57,298 nucleotides of DNA from a bacterium. GTDB taxonomy: Bacteria > Hinthialibacterota > Hinthialibacteria > Hinthialibacterales > JAKPRU01. The notes beneath the pieces are model-generated. The model made no database searches and had not been told where the DNA came from. It saw only the letters and a program-made list of their open reading frames with translations. The translations under genes and the position numbers were made by a program. Below are positions 26,245-35,518 of this stretch, in pieces (the stretch's first letter is position 1; each line of letters opens with the position of its first letter). Location of the stretch: contig DAOMHQ010000001.1 of assembly GCA_035430965.1 (NCBI GenBank), positions 16,338 through 73,635 of the forward strand. The letters are read 5' to 3'.

Positions 26245-26976
26245 TTATTTATTGAGAAGAAACTCAACGACCTGGTTCGGTTCCGCCAGCCAGACCTCAT
26301 CGCCGCCGATGCGACAGACCGTCTCAAAACGCTGCTCCAGTTCTTCCAGGGAGCAGTCCTTGGCAGGATGAATCGCCTTGCCGGGCATGGGGCAATGGCA
26401 GTAGTCAATGATCCAGCCGTTCATGTCGATGGCCTGGTGGATGCGTTTATAGGGATCGAAGACGGAGAAAAACGGCTCCGGGTATTCCGTATGCACGGGG
26501 CATCGGCCCAGGCACATCAAATCCGTCTCCCGTGTGTTGACCCTGTCGTAAATCGTCAGAATTGCGCGATATCCAGCTTTCCTGGCGACTTTGAGAGATG
26601 CCGGGTAATTCTGGTTGCTGCCGGGCACGCAGAAGATGGTCACCGGCATTTCCAGTTTCTCTTCGAGAACCTTGCGGCTCTCCACAACCTCGTAATCCGC
26701 GTTTTCATCCGTGATGTTCGGATGGGTCATGCTGTGGCAGGAGACTCCCCATCCCTCTTTTGCGAGACCGTGAATCTGCTCCCTGGAGAGGATCATCATG
26801 CCGTGGTAGCTGCTTCCCGGAACGTCTCGCGGGACCCCGATCTGCGGGGCGACCAGTGCGACATGCCCCGGAATCCCGTACCTTCGATGAACGGGAACCG
26901 CGTGCTCCAATAGTGCCGCGCAGCCTTCATCATACGTGATCGAATACACCCATCTCTTCCCGTCTTTCCACATCAC
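26245..26976 (-). CDS. Polysaccharide deacetylase (CE4/NodB-like) family protein
   Basis: 243 aa. SITYDEG (TFDDG-type motif 1) and CHSMTHP (His motif). 4-nt overlap with the upstream CN-hydrolase gene. Confidence 0.65.
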   Translation of the reverse strand: MMWKDGKRWVYSITYDEGCAALLEHAVPVHRRYGIPGHVALVAPQIGVPRDVPGSSYHGMMILSREQIHGLAKEGWGVSCHSMTHPNITDENADYEVVESRKVLEEKLEMPVTIFCVPGSNQNYPASLKVARKAGYRAILTIYDRVNTRETDLMCLGRCPVHTEYPEPFFSVFDPYKRIHQAIDMNGWIIDYCHCPMPGKAIHPAKDCSLEELEQRFETVCRIGGDEVWLAEPNQVVEFLLNK

Positions 26977-27800
26977 ACTGTTCCTTCTTCGGACTTCGGT
27001 TTCACCAGATCCCCATAAAAATCGGGGCGGCGGATTTTGTCGTAGATCTCACGCATGTCGCGATAGCCTTCGCCCCAAAACGGCATCCGCCAATCGGGGT
27101 CGAATTCCGCGATGGCGATACCGGGGCGGTGAGCCGTCGAGACAATGATTCGACCATCGGGAGCGATCACCTTGGCGTACCCCATGCTTTTCCCGGCGAG
27201 GTACGGCAAATCCAGGTATCGGGACAGGGCGAAGTACATCTGGCTGTCGATGGCCCTGGCTTTTTCGATGCTCTCCAGCATGTCTCCCGTATAATCCAAA
27301 TACATCGTGGGAACCAGGACGATATGGGCGCCTTTCAGGCCGTAAATTCGAAACATCTCCGGCACATGGATGTCCATGCAGATCGCCATGCCGAACCGGA
27401 TACCCTCAAACTCGAAGATCGGGAACGGGTCGCCGGAAACGGGAGTGGTGACAATATACTCCTCGCTGGGGGCCGGGTGTTTCTTACGGTAGATTCCCTT
27501 GAGTTCCCCGGATCGGTCCAGGAAAAAGCCGGTATTGGCGACTCCCTCTTCCACTTTGACCGAAAGGCTGCCGACCACGGCGATATTTTTCTCCCGCGCG
27601 GCCTTCTGAAATGAATGGAACAGCGGGTGATCCTCCATCCGGTGTTCGCCAGGGGGACGATTCCCCACAATATCCGGTTCCTCCGGCAGAAGAATCATAT
27701 CTGCGCCACGGTTTCCCGCTTCGTAAATGCTATCCAGGCAAGTTTTTTCGGGATTTGTTCGATCCGCAGCGGTTACCGCGAGCCTGAAAATTCGAGCCAC
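26973..27800 (-). CDS. Carbon-nitrogen hydrolase (nitrilase superfamily amidase)
   Basis: ORF 26973..27887. GTG 27800 chosen (AAGGAG 9 nt upstream; VARIFRLAV start typical of the family). E-K-C triad candidates LLPEE, YRKKH, GMAICMD. Confidence 0.8.
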   Translation of the reverse strand: MARIFRLAVTAADRTNPEKTCLDSIYEAGNRGADMILLPEEPDIVGNRPPGEHRMEDHPLFHSFQKAAREKNIAVVGSLSVKVEEGVANTGFFLDRSGELKGIYRKKHPAPSEEYIVTTPVSGDPFPIFEFEGIRFGMAICMDIHVPEMFRIYGLKGAHIVLVPTMYLDYTGDMLESIEKARAIDSQMYFALSRYLDLPYLAGKSMGYAKVIAPDGRIIVSTAHRPGIAIAEFDPDWRMPFWGEGYRDMREIYDKIRRPDFYGDLVKPKSEEGTV

Positions 27801-28011
27801 CAGGGAAATCTCCTTTTGGGTTTCGGTGCTCCAACATACCGAGAGGCCGATTCGTTGTCTATTCAAGACCGGCGAAAAGGCGTACAATCTTGTCGGGGCT
27901 CAGATGATTGTATTAACTGTACTATAACAGAAATCCTGTTTCTTTTGAATGCTTCTCTTGACCTAGTATATGCATGATTATGGCAGAAAAGGGAGAAAGC
28001 AGGGATAAGCC

Positions 28012-28047
28012 GGATGGGACGGATGGGACGAATGGGACGGATGGAAA
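28012..28047 (+). repeat. Tandem 9-bp repeat, 4 units (ggatgggac ggatgggac gaatgggac ggatggaaa)
   Basis: Read directly. Lies in the leader just upstream of the probable PPIase start. Appears as MGRMGRMGRM in the ORF-track extension. Confidence 0.8.
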
Positions 28048-28067
28048 GGAAACGGGAGGACAGGAAG

Positions 28068-29705
28068 ATGTTTCAGATCAATGGAAGTGCCGTCGGAAGA
28101 TCAAGTCTCCGAGGAGTATCCATGATAAGCCTCTGTTTTTATTTGATTTACGTGTATATCGGAAGCGCCGATTCCGCCGAAATGGGAAAATTGGCTGCGG
28201 AATTTGGGGAGAACCGAAAAGTCACAATGGAGGATATCGGATTCTGGGCGGAGTTGCGCTGTGTTCCGGAACCGTCTGCTGAATCCGAATGGATCGGTTT
28301 TGTGGCGAAACAGATCGTGCTCGGGGAGGCAGCAATTGCCTTATTGGCCGGGGAATATCCTCAGGAAATGGGACCAGTCGGCACGATCAAACCGTATGTG
28401 CAGCGGCATCACGCTGTCCAGGTTTTAAGGAAAGCCTGGCTGCGGGAGTCTCAGCCCACCGAGGAAGAAGCCCGGAAAGCGTACGAAGAATATCTTTCCA
28501 CACTCTCCCGGGAGCCGAAATTGACGTTTGACCATATTTTCCTGGATACACATCGGATTACGGACCCGAACGAACTCAAGAAAGTGGAAGACCAGGCAAA
28601 CGAGATTCTTAAACGGCTTCGTGCAGGCGAGTCGTTCGCGGACCTGGCGAAACAGTATTCGAATGGAGAAAGCGCGGCACAGGGAGGCCGGTCCGGCCCG
28701 ATTCCCCTGGGGAAAATATCGAAACGGATTGAGGAATACATTCTCAGCCTCAAGGATGGGGAAATCAGCGATGTGTTTGCGGGGAAGTACGGATATCAGA
28801 TTTTCCGGCGGGTTTCGCTTGCGCCGGACCCGGCGCCGACCTTCGAGGAGAAACGAGAGGCGCTTGCACTCGCATTTTCACGCAGCAAGGCCTATCAGCG
28901 GGAAAAAGCACTTGTAGAGAAAGCGGCAGGCTCGGAACCGACTTTTGAGCCGGATTTCCTGAACGCTGTGCGGGAGACTCTTCCCTGGGGATTGGAAACC
29001 ATGGGATTGGGCGGCGAGTCGGACGATCATCTCATCCAGTTCCTTCAGCGCGAGTGGATTTTGCGGACGGAGGCCGAACAACCCGTGTTCTTCAACAATT
29101 CGGAGGTACTGAGGAGAACGGCGCTCTGGGAGGGGGGCGAATGCCTGAGGCGATATCTACAGAAGGCGCTTCCACCGGTTGAGGTGACCGATAGCGAAAT
29201 TGCCGACTTCATCCGCCGCCGTCCGGACCGTCTGATGTCTCCCGAACAGGTTCACCTGGCAGTCATCAAGGTGTTTGATCGTATCGGGGATGCCTCTTCA
29301 CCGGCGGAAATCCGCCTGGCCGAGGAGGCTACTCAGGATCGTTTGGATGAGGCGCTGAAACGAATCCGGGAGGGCGAGACATTTGCCGATGTCGCCCGCG
29401 ATATCTCCGAAGATCCAAGCGCCGAGAACGGCGGCGACATCGGAACCAGCCCTGTGGATCGGCTGGGACACGCGATGGCCCAGGCCCAGCAGGGTCTCAA
29501 AGACGGAGAAAGCAGCCGGGTTGTCCGAGGGCGGGATTATGGGCTGATTCTGCACCAGATTGCCGTAACTCCCGCGCACCCTCTTCCCGAAAAGGAGGCG
29601 CAGACGGAGGCCAGGAATCAAATCACCGGGCAGAAACGAAAGGAGGCTCTGCGCACTATCCAGGATAAGATCCTGAACGACATGAAATTCCGGTTGGTTA
29701 ATTGA
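28068..29705 (+). CDS. Peptidyl-prolyl cis-trans isomerase, SurA/PpiD-like with two parvulin (PPIC) domains
   Basis: ORF 28014..29705. ATG 28068 has a GGGAGGA RBS. Membrane anchor/signal. Two rotamase-like segments (GESFADLAKQYSNGESAAQGGRSGPIP.. and GETFADVARDISEDPSAENGGDIG..). Confidence 0.75.
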   Translation: MFQINGSAVGRSSLRGVSMISLCFYLIYVYIGSADSAEMGKLAAEFGENRKVTMEDIGFWAELRCVPEPSAESEWIGFVAKQIVLGEAAIALLAGEYPQEMGPVGTIKPYVQRHHAVQVLRKAWLRESQPTEEEARKAYEEYLSTLSREPKLTFDHIFLDTHRITDPNELKKVEDQANEILKRLRAGESFADLAKQYSNGESAAQGGRSGPIPLGKISKRIEEYILSLKDGEISDVFAGKYGYQIFRRVSLAPDPAPTFEEKREALALAFSRSKAYQREKALVEKAAGSEPTFEPDFLNAVRETLPWGLETMGLGGESDDHLIQFLQREWILRTEAEQPVFFNNSEVLRRTALWEGGECLRRYLQKALPPVEVTDSEIADFIRRRPDRLMSPEQVHLAVIKVFDRIGDASSPAEIRLAEEATQDRLDEALKRIREGETFADVARDISEDPSAENGGDIGTSPVDRLGHAMAQAQQGLKDGESSRVVRGRDYGLILHQIAVTPAHPLPEKEAQTEARNQITGQKRKEALRTIQDKILNDMKFRLVN

Positions 29706-29755
29706 TCCCTTGCCGGGTTATCCCGCAATACAACTGAATGGGCCTGGCGTATATT

Positions 29756-29783
29756 GTCATTCCGAACGAATGTGAGGAATCTC
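29756..29783 (+). repeat. Family-B-related short hairpin repeat
   Basis: gtCATTCcgaacGAATGtgaggaatctc shares the GTCAT...AATCTC termini and internal stem with the family-B copies. Confidence 0.6.
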
Positions 29784-29822
29784 TATGAAGCGCAAGATCG
29801 CCAAGCCGGGATCTTCGCAGAA

Positions 29823-32000
29823 TTATCGAATCGCCGCCGCATACGAATCGCCTATTTTTTGAATCTGAACACGTTTCAGCGAAGAAATATCCTTTACTGA
29901 AAATATAACCATGGGAATAGCCGGATATTGATCGAATATCTCCCGGAGATCCTGTGATCCTGCAATTTTCTTTACAGGGATGACCGTCCTCTCGAAATGT
30001 TCGCCGATCAGTAATTGCTCCGCCATGATTCCGCCTTCAATCGCGACAGGCATATCCTTCGGATACCTTTGAGTGTACTCCATAATTTCTCTGTCCCGAG
30101 GGAACATTAAAATGGCCCGGTCATAGAAAGTAATCAAATCGGGATCATAGTGCAAACGAAGTTGATTTGTGTAATAGAGAATAGGGGATAACGAGCCGAG
30201 AATGGAAGTCGCCACAACGAACCATTTGAATACCGCCGATCGGGTGAAATATCGATCCATCGCAAGCGCGGCAAGCGGGAAGAACAATACAAGTACAGGA
30301 AGGTAGAAGCGCAGGAAAGTCAGCGGCTGCCAGAGAATGACCCCGGCCTGCAAGACAAGACCGATACATCCCGCGATCAGAATTGTGGCGATATGTGGAT
30401 TCCGCAGGTTCCGCACTGCCATTCCGAATCCGAGAATCATCAAGACCAATGTGCCGAGAGAGAATCCGATAGGACTTGCACCCAGTCGATACAGTCGTTG
30501 ATTACCCTCCCATGCCCAGAATCCGTCAGTCCCGTACACATCACAGAAAGGGATGCGGCTCAAGAGTCGAAACAGCGGTTCCCGTAAATCGGGAGAAGTG
30601 CGCTCTCCGGCATGAGCCGAAAACGCCGACGGCAGGACAAGGGAATCGGTCAATTCTCCACCGAGACGTAACACATTCACAGGTACATAATCCGGGCGAA
30701 ATGAGGTATAGGAAGAAGGATATTTCGTGGAAGGTCCCGCCGCGCGCAAATGGATATCCATGTAGGAGTATCCACCCAGCAGAACCGCTAGAGCGGCAAG
30801 AACAAATAGATAATTCAGATAGTTCGATAGATTCGCTTTCTTCAGATACAGCAAAATCACTCCGGTAATGAAAATACCGGCAACGGGGAATAGCCCGGTG
30901 TATTTGGTTCCCATGGAAAGTCCGATCGCCATGCCGCAGCCCAGGAGTCCGGCGGGAAAGGTCTCTGTGATTTGCAGGAGAAAGGCTAATGCCGCAATGG
31001 CATACGCAGCGGTCCAGGTGTCGTTCTTGAGCCAGGCGGCATGAAGAAGAATATCGGGAACACTGAGCCAGAGAAACGCGGTCGCTATGCAGGCAATGCG
31101 ATTCTCGGTCAGAGCACGGCAGGCGGCGTACACAGCGAGACCGGATAAGAATAGTGAAATCCACTGAAACAGAAAAAGTAAAGGAATATTCTTTGTAAAT
31201 AAAACTACCCACAACAAATGCAATTCCATGACCATGGGAAAATCGGTCTGACGGATATCCTGGGTCGGATACGGAGCCAGAGAACCCTGCTGCAAGTAAA
31301 AATACACGCGCGGAAGATGATAGGAGATTCCATCATATCCGATAAAATACAACGGGAGGAAAGTATTCAGTATCAGAATAAACAGAAACGCGAGGAGAAA
31401 TGCGCCGCCGATCCACCAAAGCCAGGTTGGCAGGCTGTGGAATGACGGGATGCCCTCTACGGGTGGGACATCAACCTGCGGCGGCTTTCGATTCCAGATA
31501 GATATGCAGATAACCAGAAGGATCAGGTGCAGGATAATCCACGCCGATTTTGAATTGAGAAGACTGAGAATCGACAAGAGATATCCGCTCAGAACAATCA
31601 CCGAAGAGAACAGCAATGCAATGAGAAGCGTTCGATGGGCGCGAGTGGGACAGCGAACAAAGGCGGCAATGCAGAAGGACAGCACCAGCACACACAAAAA
31701 ATCGAAAATCCACAGGAAATCATTCAATATTGCGGACAGAATCCAATTATTTGGACATTCGGCATGAGAGATTTCGGCGGTTTTGGAATCGATTAGACGA
31801 GCAGGATCGGATACTGGGGCACCAGTGGGAGTCTCCGGCAGTGCGGCAAGAGTCACGGCAGCATCGGCGTGGCTGGCGCGGATTGTGTCTGCAATCCATG
31901 CCACACTCGGCGGTTGAATCGCTCGGCCCTCGCCAGACGCACCGATCGCAAGGCCGATAAAGCAAGACGAAATGATAACAGTCCTGAAAATGAATCGCAT
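29823..32000 (-). CDS. Large polytopic membrane protein, putative GT-C-type glycosyltransferase
   Basis: 725 aa, more than 12 hydrophobic segments. Overall layout resembles ArnT/PMT_2-type enzymes, but I recognise no diagnostic motif. Confidence 0.4.
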   Translation of the reverse strand: MRFIFRTVIISSCFIGLAIGASGEGRAIQPPSVAWIADTIRASHADAAVTLAALPETPTGAPVSDPARLIDSKTAEISHAECPNNWILSAILNDFLWIFDFLCVLVLSFCIAAFVRCPTRAHRTLLIALLFSSVIVLSGYLLSILSLLNSKSAWIILHLILLVICISIWNRKPPQVDVPPVEGIPSFHSLPTWLWWIGGAFLLAFLFILILNTFLPLYFIGYDGISYHLPRVYFYLQQGSLAPYPTQDIRQTDFPMVMELHLLWVVLFTKNIPLLFLFQWISLFLSGLAVYAACRALTENRIACIATAFLWLSVPDILLHAAWLKNDTWTAAYAIAALAFLLQITETFPAGLLGCGMAIGLSMGTKYTGLFPVAGIFITGVILLYLKKANLSNYLNYLFVLAALAVLLGGYSYMDIHLRAAGPSTKYPSSYTSFRPDYVPVNVLRLGGELTDSLVLPSAFSAHAGERTSPDLREPLFRLLSRIPFCDVYGTDGFWAWEGNQRLYRLGASPIGFSLGTLVLMILGFGMAVRNLRNPHIATILIAGCIGLVLQAGVILWQPLTFLRFYLPVLVLFFPLAALAMDRYFTRSAVFKWFVVATSILGSLSPILYYTNQLRLHYDPDLITFYDRAILMFPRDREIMEYTQRYPKDMPVAIEGGIMAEQLLIGEHFERTVIPVKKIAGSQDLREIFDQYPAIPMVIFSVKDISSLKRVQIQKIGDSYAAAIR

Positions 32001-32155
32001 TGTGGAATACCCGAAATGGTCTCAACGTGTCGGCGGAAGATATCACGCCGTTTGGCGAACGGACAGAGAAATTGGGGTCTGGCTGCATTTCACTTGGGAA
32101 ATGTGTGCCTTATATGTTACGGTTCCGGGAATGCAATCCGATTGAGCGAGATGTT

Positions 32156-33055
32156 ATGAGACGGTCTTTCGACAGAGCGCATGGCCGCCGTCAGGAGCAC
32201 GGGGCCTATTTGTTGATGCTCCTCCCCACATTTTTCACCCTCTGCCTGTTTTTCTATTATCCGGCGGGCACGGCGCTCTATTACTCCTTTTTCGATTGGG
32301 ATGGGGAGAATGCCTGGTTCATCGGGATCCAGAACTTTGTTGACATGTGGTTCGATCCGGTGCTGCACATCAGTCTCGTGAACCTGGCGATTTACGTTGT
32401 TCTCTCGCTGGCGGTCGGTTTGGCGATGCCGTGGCTGGGGGCGGAGTTGATTTTCGGGCTTCGCCGATCCTCCTGGCGGAGTTTCTTTCAATTTTCCTTC
32501 CTGGTTCCGACCCTGGTTCCAGGCATTGTGGTGATTCTTCTGTGGCAATTTATGTACGACCCATCGTTGGGGCTTTTGAATGCGGCGCTGGAGACGCTGG
32601 GACTGGGGGAGCGCGCCATGTTGTGGTTGGGAAGTCCGAAGACGGCACTTTACTGTTTTGTGGGAATCGGATTTCCGTGGGTGTCGGGAACTTCCGTCTT
32701 GATTCTGCTTTCCGGATTGAATGCCATTCCCACATCGGTCCATGAATACGCCCGCCTGGAGGGAGTGGGGGCTATCCGGCGAGCATGGGAGATCGACTTT
32801 CCGTTCCTGGTCGGGCAGATACGTCTTTTGGCGATTACGGGGTGTATCGGTCTGATGCAGTCATTCGGTTTGCAGTTGATTCTTACTCTGGGCGGACCGG
32901 GCACCTCCACGATGGTTCCCGGCTATCACATGTATTTGAATGCGTTTTCGTATGACCGGCTGGGATACGCCTCGGCATTGGGATTGTTCATCGCGGCGAT
33001 CATTCTTCTGCTGACGGTGGTCACCTCTCGATTCCTGCGAACGGAGGAGATCTGA
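32156..33055 (+). CDS. Carbohydrate ABC transporter permease (MalF/CUT1-type)
   Basis: ORF 32000..33055, trimmed to ATG 32156. YLLMLLPTFFTLCLFFYYP start and an EAA-like loop EYARLEGVGAIRRAWEIDFP. Confidence 0.8.
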   Translation: MRRSFDRAHGRRQEHGAYLLMLLPTFFTLCLFFYYPAGTALYYSFFDWDGENAWFIGIQNFVDMWFDPVLHISLVNLAIYVVLSLAVGLAMPWLGAELIFGLRRSSWRSFFQFSFLVPTLVPGIVVILLWQFMYDPSLGLLNAALETLGLGERAMLWLGSPKTALYCFVGIGFPWVSGTSVLILLSGLNAIPTSVHEYARLEGVGAIRRAWEIDFPFLVGQIRLLAITGCIGLMQSFGLQLILTLGGPGTSTMVPGYHMYLNAFSYDRLGYASALGLFIAAIILLLTVVTSRFLRTEEI

Positions 33056-33056
33056 T

Positions 33057-33881
33057 ATGCGGGAAGGGCGCACATTGGAACAAGTGATTTCTCCTGTGGT
33101 TCTCTGGACACTTTTGCTTCTTACATTGATCCCGTTCGTGTATATGCTTTCATTCTCTGTGAAAGATTTGGGGCAGTTCGAGCATGAGAGATGGACCGTC
33201 TCCTTTCCGTTCCATTGGGAGAATTTTCCGGCAGCGTTCCAGGCCATTCAGGGATATGTTTTCAACTCCATTCTGGTAAGCGCTGGGGCGGTTCTGGGAG
33301 TATTGGCGCTGTCCGCCCTGGGGGGATTTGCATTTGCGCGGGGAAAGTTCCCGTTCAAAGAGACGCTGTTTTACCTGGTGATCGGCGGCATGATGATCCC
33401 CGGCATTCTGTACCTGGTTCCGAAGTTCATTCTGTTTCGTGAGTTTGGGTTGATGAATACCCGTTGGGCATTATGGCTGCCTTACTGGACCGAGGGGCAG
33501 CTATTCGGCATTTTCCTGGTGCGCAGTTCGATTGAGGCGCTGCCGTCGGACTTGTTCCATGCGGCGGAGATTGACGGCGCATCGGTGTGGTTGCGGTTTC
33601 GTCATGTGGCGCTTCCGCTGATCAAGCCGATCCTGGCGACTCTGGCGGTGCTGAATGTCCTGTTCACCTGGAATGATATTATCTGGCCCTGGCTCGTTCT
33701 GACCGATCGAAGCATGATGACCATCCCCATCGGCCTGGTATGTTATCGGCGTTCTTTCCTGGACCTGGCAGGACCGATTTTTTCGGCTTATGTGATTGCC
33801 TCTGTGCCGTTGCTGCTGTTATTTGCAGCCACCTCGCGGACTTTCGTTCGCGGATTGACATCGGGGGCGTTCAAGGCGTAA
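33057..33881 (+). CDS. Carbohydrate ABC transporter permease (MalG/CUT1-type)
   Basis: 274 aa. EAA loop AAEIDGASVWLRFRHVALPLIKP. Starts 2 nt after the preceding permease. Confidence 0.85.
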   Translation: MREGRTLEQVISPVVLWTLLLLTLIPFVYMLSFSVKDLGQFEHERWTVSFPFHWENFPAAFQAIQGYVFNSILVSAGAVLGVLALSALGGFAFARGKFPFKETLFYLVIGGMMIPGILYLVPKFILFREFGLMNTRWALWLPYWTEGQLFGIFLVRSSIEALPSDLFHAAEIDGASVWLRFRHVALPLIKPILATLAVLNVLFTWNDIIWPWLVLTDRSMMTIPIGLVCYRRSFLDLAGPIFSAYVIASVPLLLLFAATSRTFVRGLTSGAFKA

Positions 33882-33956
33882 GTATTACTGCTGTCTTATG
33901 GAACATCCTCGAAAGGCCGGTTCCTGAGCGCGGGCATACCGGGCAGTTGAAATGGC

Positions 33957-34643
33957 CTAGGCCTCCATCTCTCTGTCCGCTGACGCGCCATTTCCCATCT
34001 GCAGCAGAATCGCATCCGTTTTGGTCACAAACGAAAATCCGAATGCAAGGTTGGTGAGGCTTGCCAGATGCATTTCCTCATTGATCGATCCGGTTCCATC
34101 TGCCGGGATAAATATTCGGTAGTCTCGGAAATAGGCATCTCGCGCGGTGGATTCGCAGCACAGGTTGGTCATAATGCCGGAGATGACCAGATCTTCCACT
34201 TTCAGGCAGCGCAGCACCGTTTCGAGATCCGTATTGTAGAATGCCGAGTACCGATGCTTGAAAACGACCTTTTCGTCCGGCAACGGAGCCAACTCCGGGT
34301 GAATTTCGCTCTCCGGACTTCCTTCAAGACATTTCCCCTCCCACCACCAGTCCATCATCCCACTGTCCAGGTTGTTCGGGTGATGAACATGGCGGGTAAA
34401 GATCACGGGACGATCCGCGCGGCGAAACGCCGCCACCAGTTTTTTCACAGTGGGAAGAATCGCCGGCCCGCCGCATGTAAATGTGGGAGAGGTCGCATCA
34501 AGAAAAAACAGCTGCATATCAATCACCAGCAGCGCGCTCGCTGACACATTGAGCTGCATCTTATGGCGATTGTAGGGGCGAATCCGCCGCAGCCATGCTG
34601 ATGATTTCGATTCGATATTCTCCACCGTCACATAGGATGCCAT
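33957..34643 (-). CDS. Isochorismatase-family cysteine hydrolase
   Basis: ALLVIDMQLFF (Asp), ..FTRH.., VISGIMTNLCCESTARDA (Cys nucleophile) motifs. Confidence 0.85.
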   Translation of the reverse strand: MASYVTVENIESKSSAWLRRIRPYNRHKMQLNVSASALLVIDMQLFFLDATSPTFTCGGPAILPTVKKLVAAFRRADRPVIFTRHVHHPNNLDSGMMDWWWEGKCLEGSPESEIHPELAPLPDEKVVFKHRYSAFYNTDLETVLRCLKVEDLVISGIMTNLCCESTARDAYFRDYRIFIPADGTGSINEEMHLASLTNLAFGFSFVTKTDAILLQMGNGASADREMEA

Positions 34644-34704
34644 TCGTTCTCCTCCGCAATCCGATTTTTTCGATTGATTTTACGTTCTTGATTGAAGACA
34701 ATCA

Positions 34705-35469
34705 TCACGCCCCGGCCAAGTCCAGCGCCTGCCGCAAGGCCTGTTCGGTATCGCCGGTCGGCCAGAACTCCAGACCGGCATATCGTCGATAGCCGGTTTC
34801 ATCAATCGCTTTGAAAACGGAACGGTAGTCGATCTCGCATCCGGTGAGTTCATGACGCCCCGGGACTCCACCGCAGTGGAAATGCCCGATCAACGGCGCA
34901 TATTGCCGCAGGTTCGCAATCAGGTTCCCCTCCGTGATTTGCTGGTGATAGAAATCCATGAGGATCTTGACTTGCGGGCTGTTCACTTCGCGGCACAAAT
35001 CCGCCGCGTCGGACATCCGGGTGAGCCAATACCCGATATGATCGACAATCGGATTAAGCGGCTCGATGACAAGCGTCACTCCCTGTTCCTCCAGGATGGG
35101 AGCCATCCGTTTCAGGTGTCGGACCGCTGTGCGCCAGGTAACCTCAAAACGTTCGTCCGCCCGCGCATTTCCCGTGGTGAGAAGCAGGCAGTCGCAACCG
35201 AGGCTTTTCGCGACCGAGATGCTCTCTTTCAGACCGGCAATCAGAGCGTCCCCGCCGGTGGGATCGACCAGCGGCTTTTCGGATTCCATGCAGAAGGTCG
35301 CCAGCTGAAGGCCGGTTTCCTCTTTGGCCTTCCTGATCGCATCCAGGTCTTTTCCCCTCCATCCCCAGAACTCAAATGCCTTGAATCCCAGCGATGCGGT
35401 CTTTCGGATTCTCTGCTCAAGCGGGTCTTTTCCCCAGAAGGCTTCGATACAGACAGATAACGTGGGCAT
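34705..35469 (-). CDS. Xylose-isomerase-like TIM-barrel protein (hydroxypyruvate isomerase/sugar-phosphate epimerase family)
   Basis: ORF 34705..35547, trimmed to MPTLSVCIEAFW (ATG 35469). GFKAFEFW, LVIEPLN and HFHCGGVPGRHE motifs. Confidence 0.75.
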   Translation of the reverse strand: MPTLSVCIEAFWGKDPLEQRIRKTASLGFKAFEFWGWRGKDLDAIRKAKEETGLQLATFCMESEKPLVDPTGGDALIAGLKESISVAKSLGCDCLLLTTGNARADERFEVTWRTAVRHLKRMAPILEEQGVTLVIEPLNPIVDHIGYWLTRMSDAADLCREVNSPQVKILMDFYHQQITEGNLIANLRQYAPLIGHFHCGGVPGRHELTGCEIDYRSVFKAIDETGYRRYAGLEFWPTGDTEQALRQALDLAGA

Positions 35470-35518
35470 GACGGTCCTTTCTTGACGTACTTCGTACAAG
35501 GATTCGGGATTATAGCAC

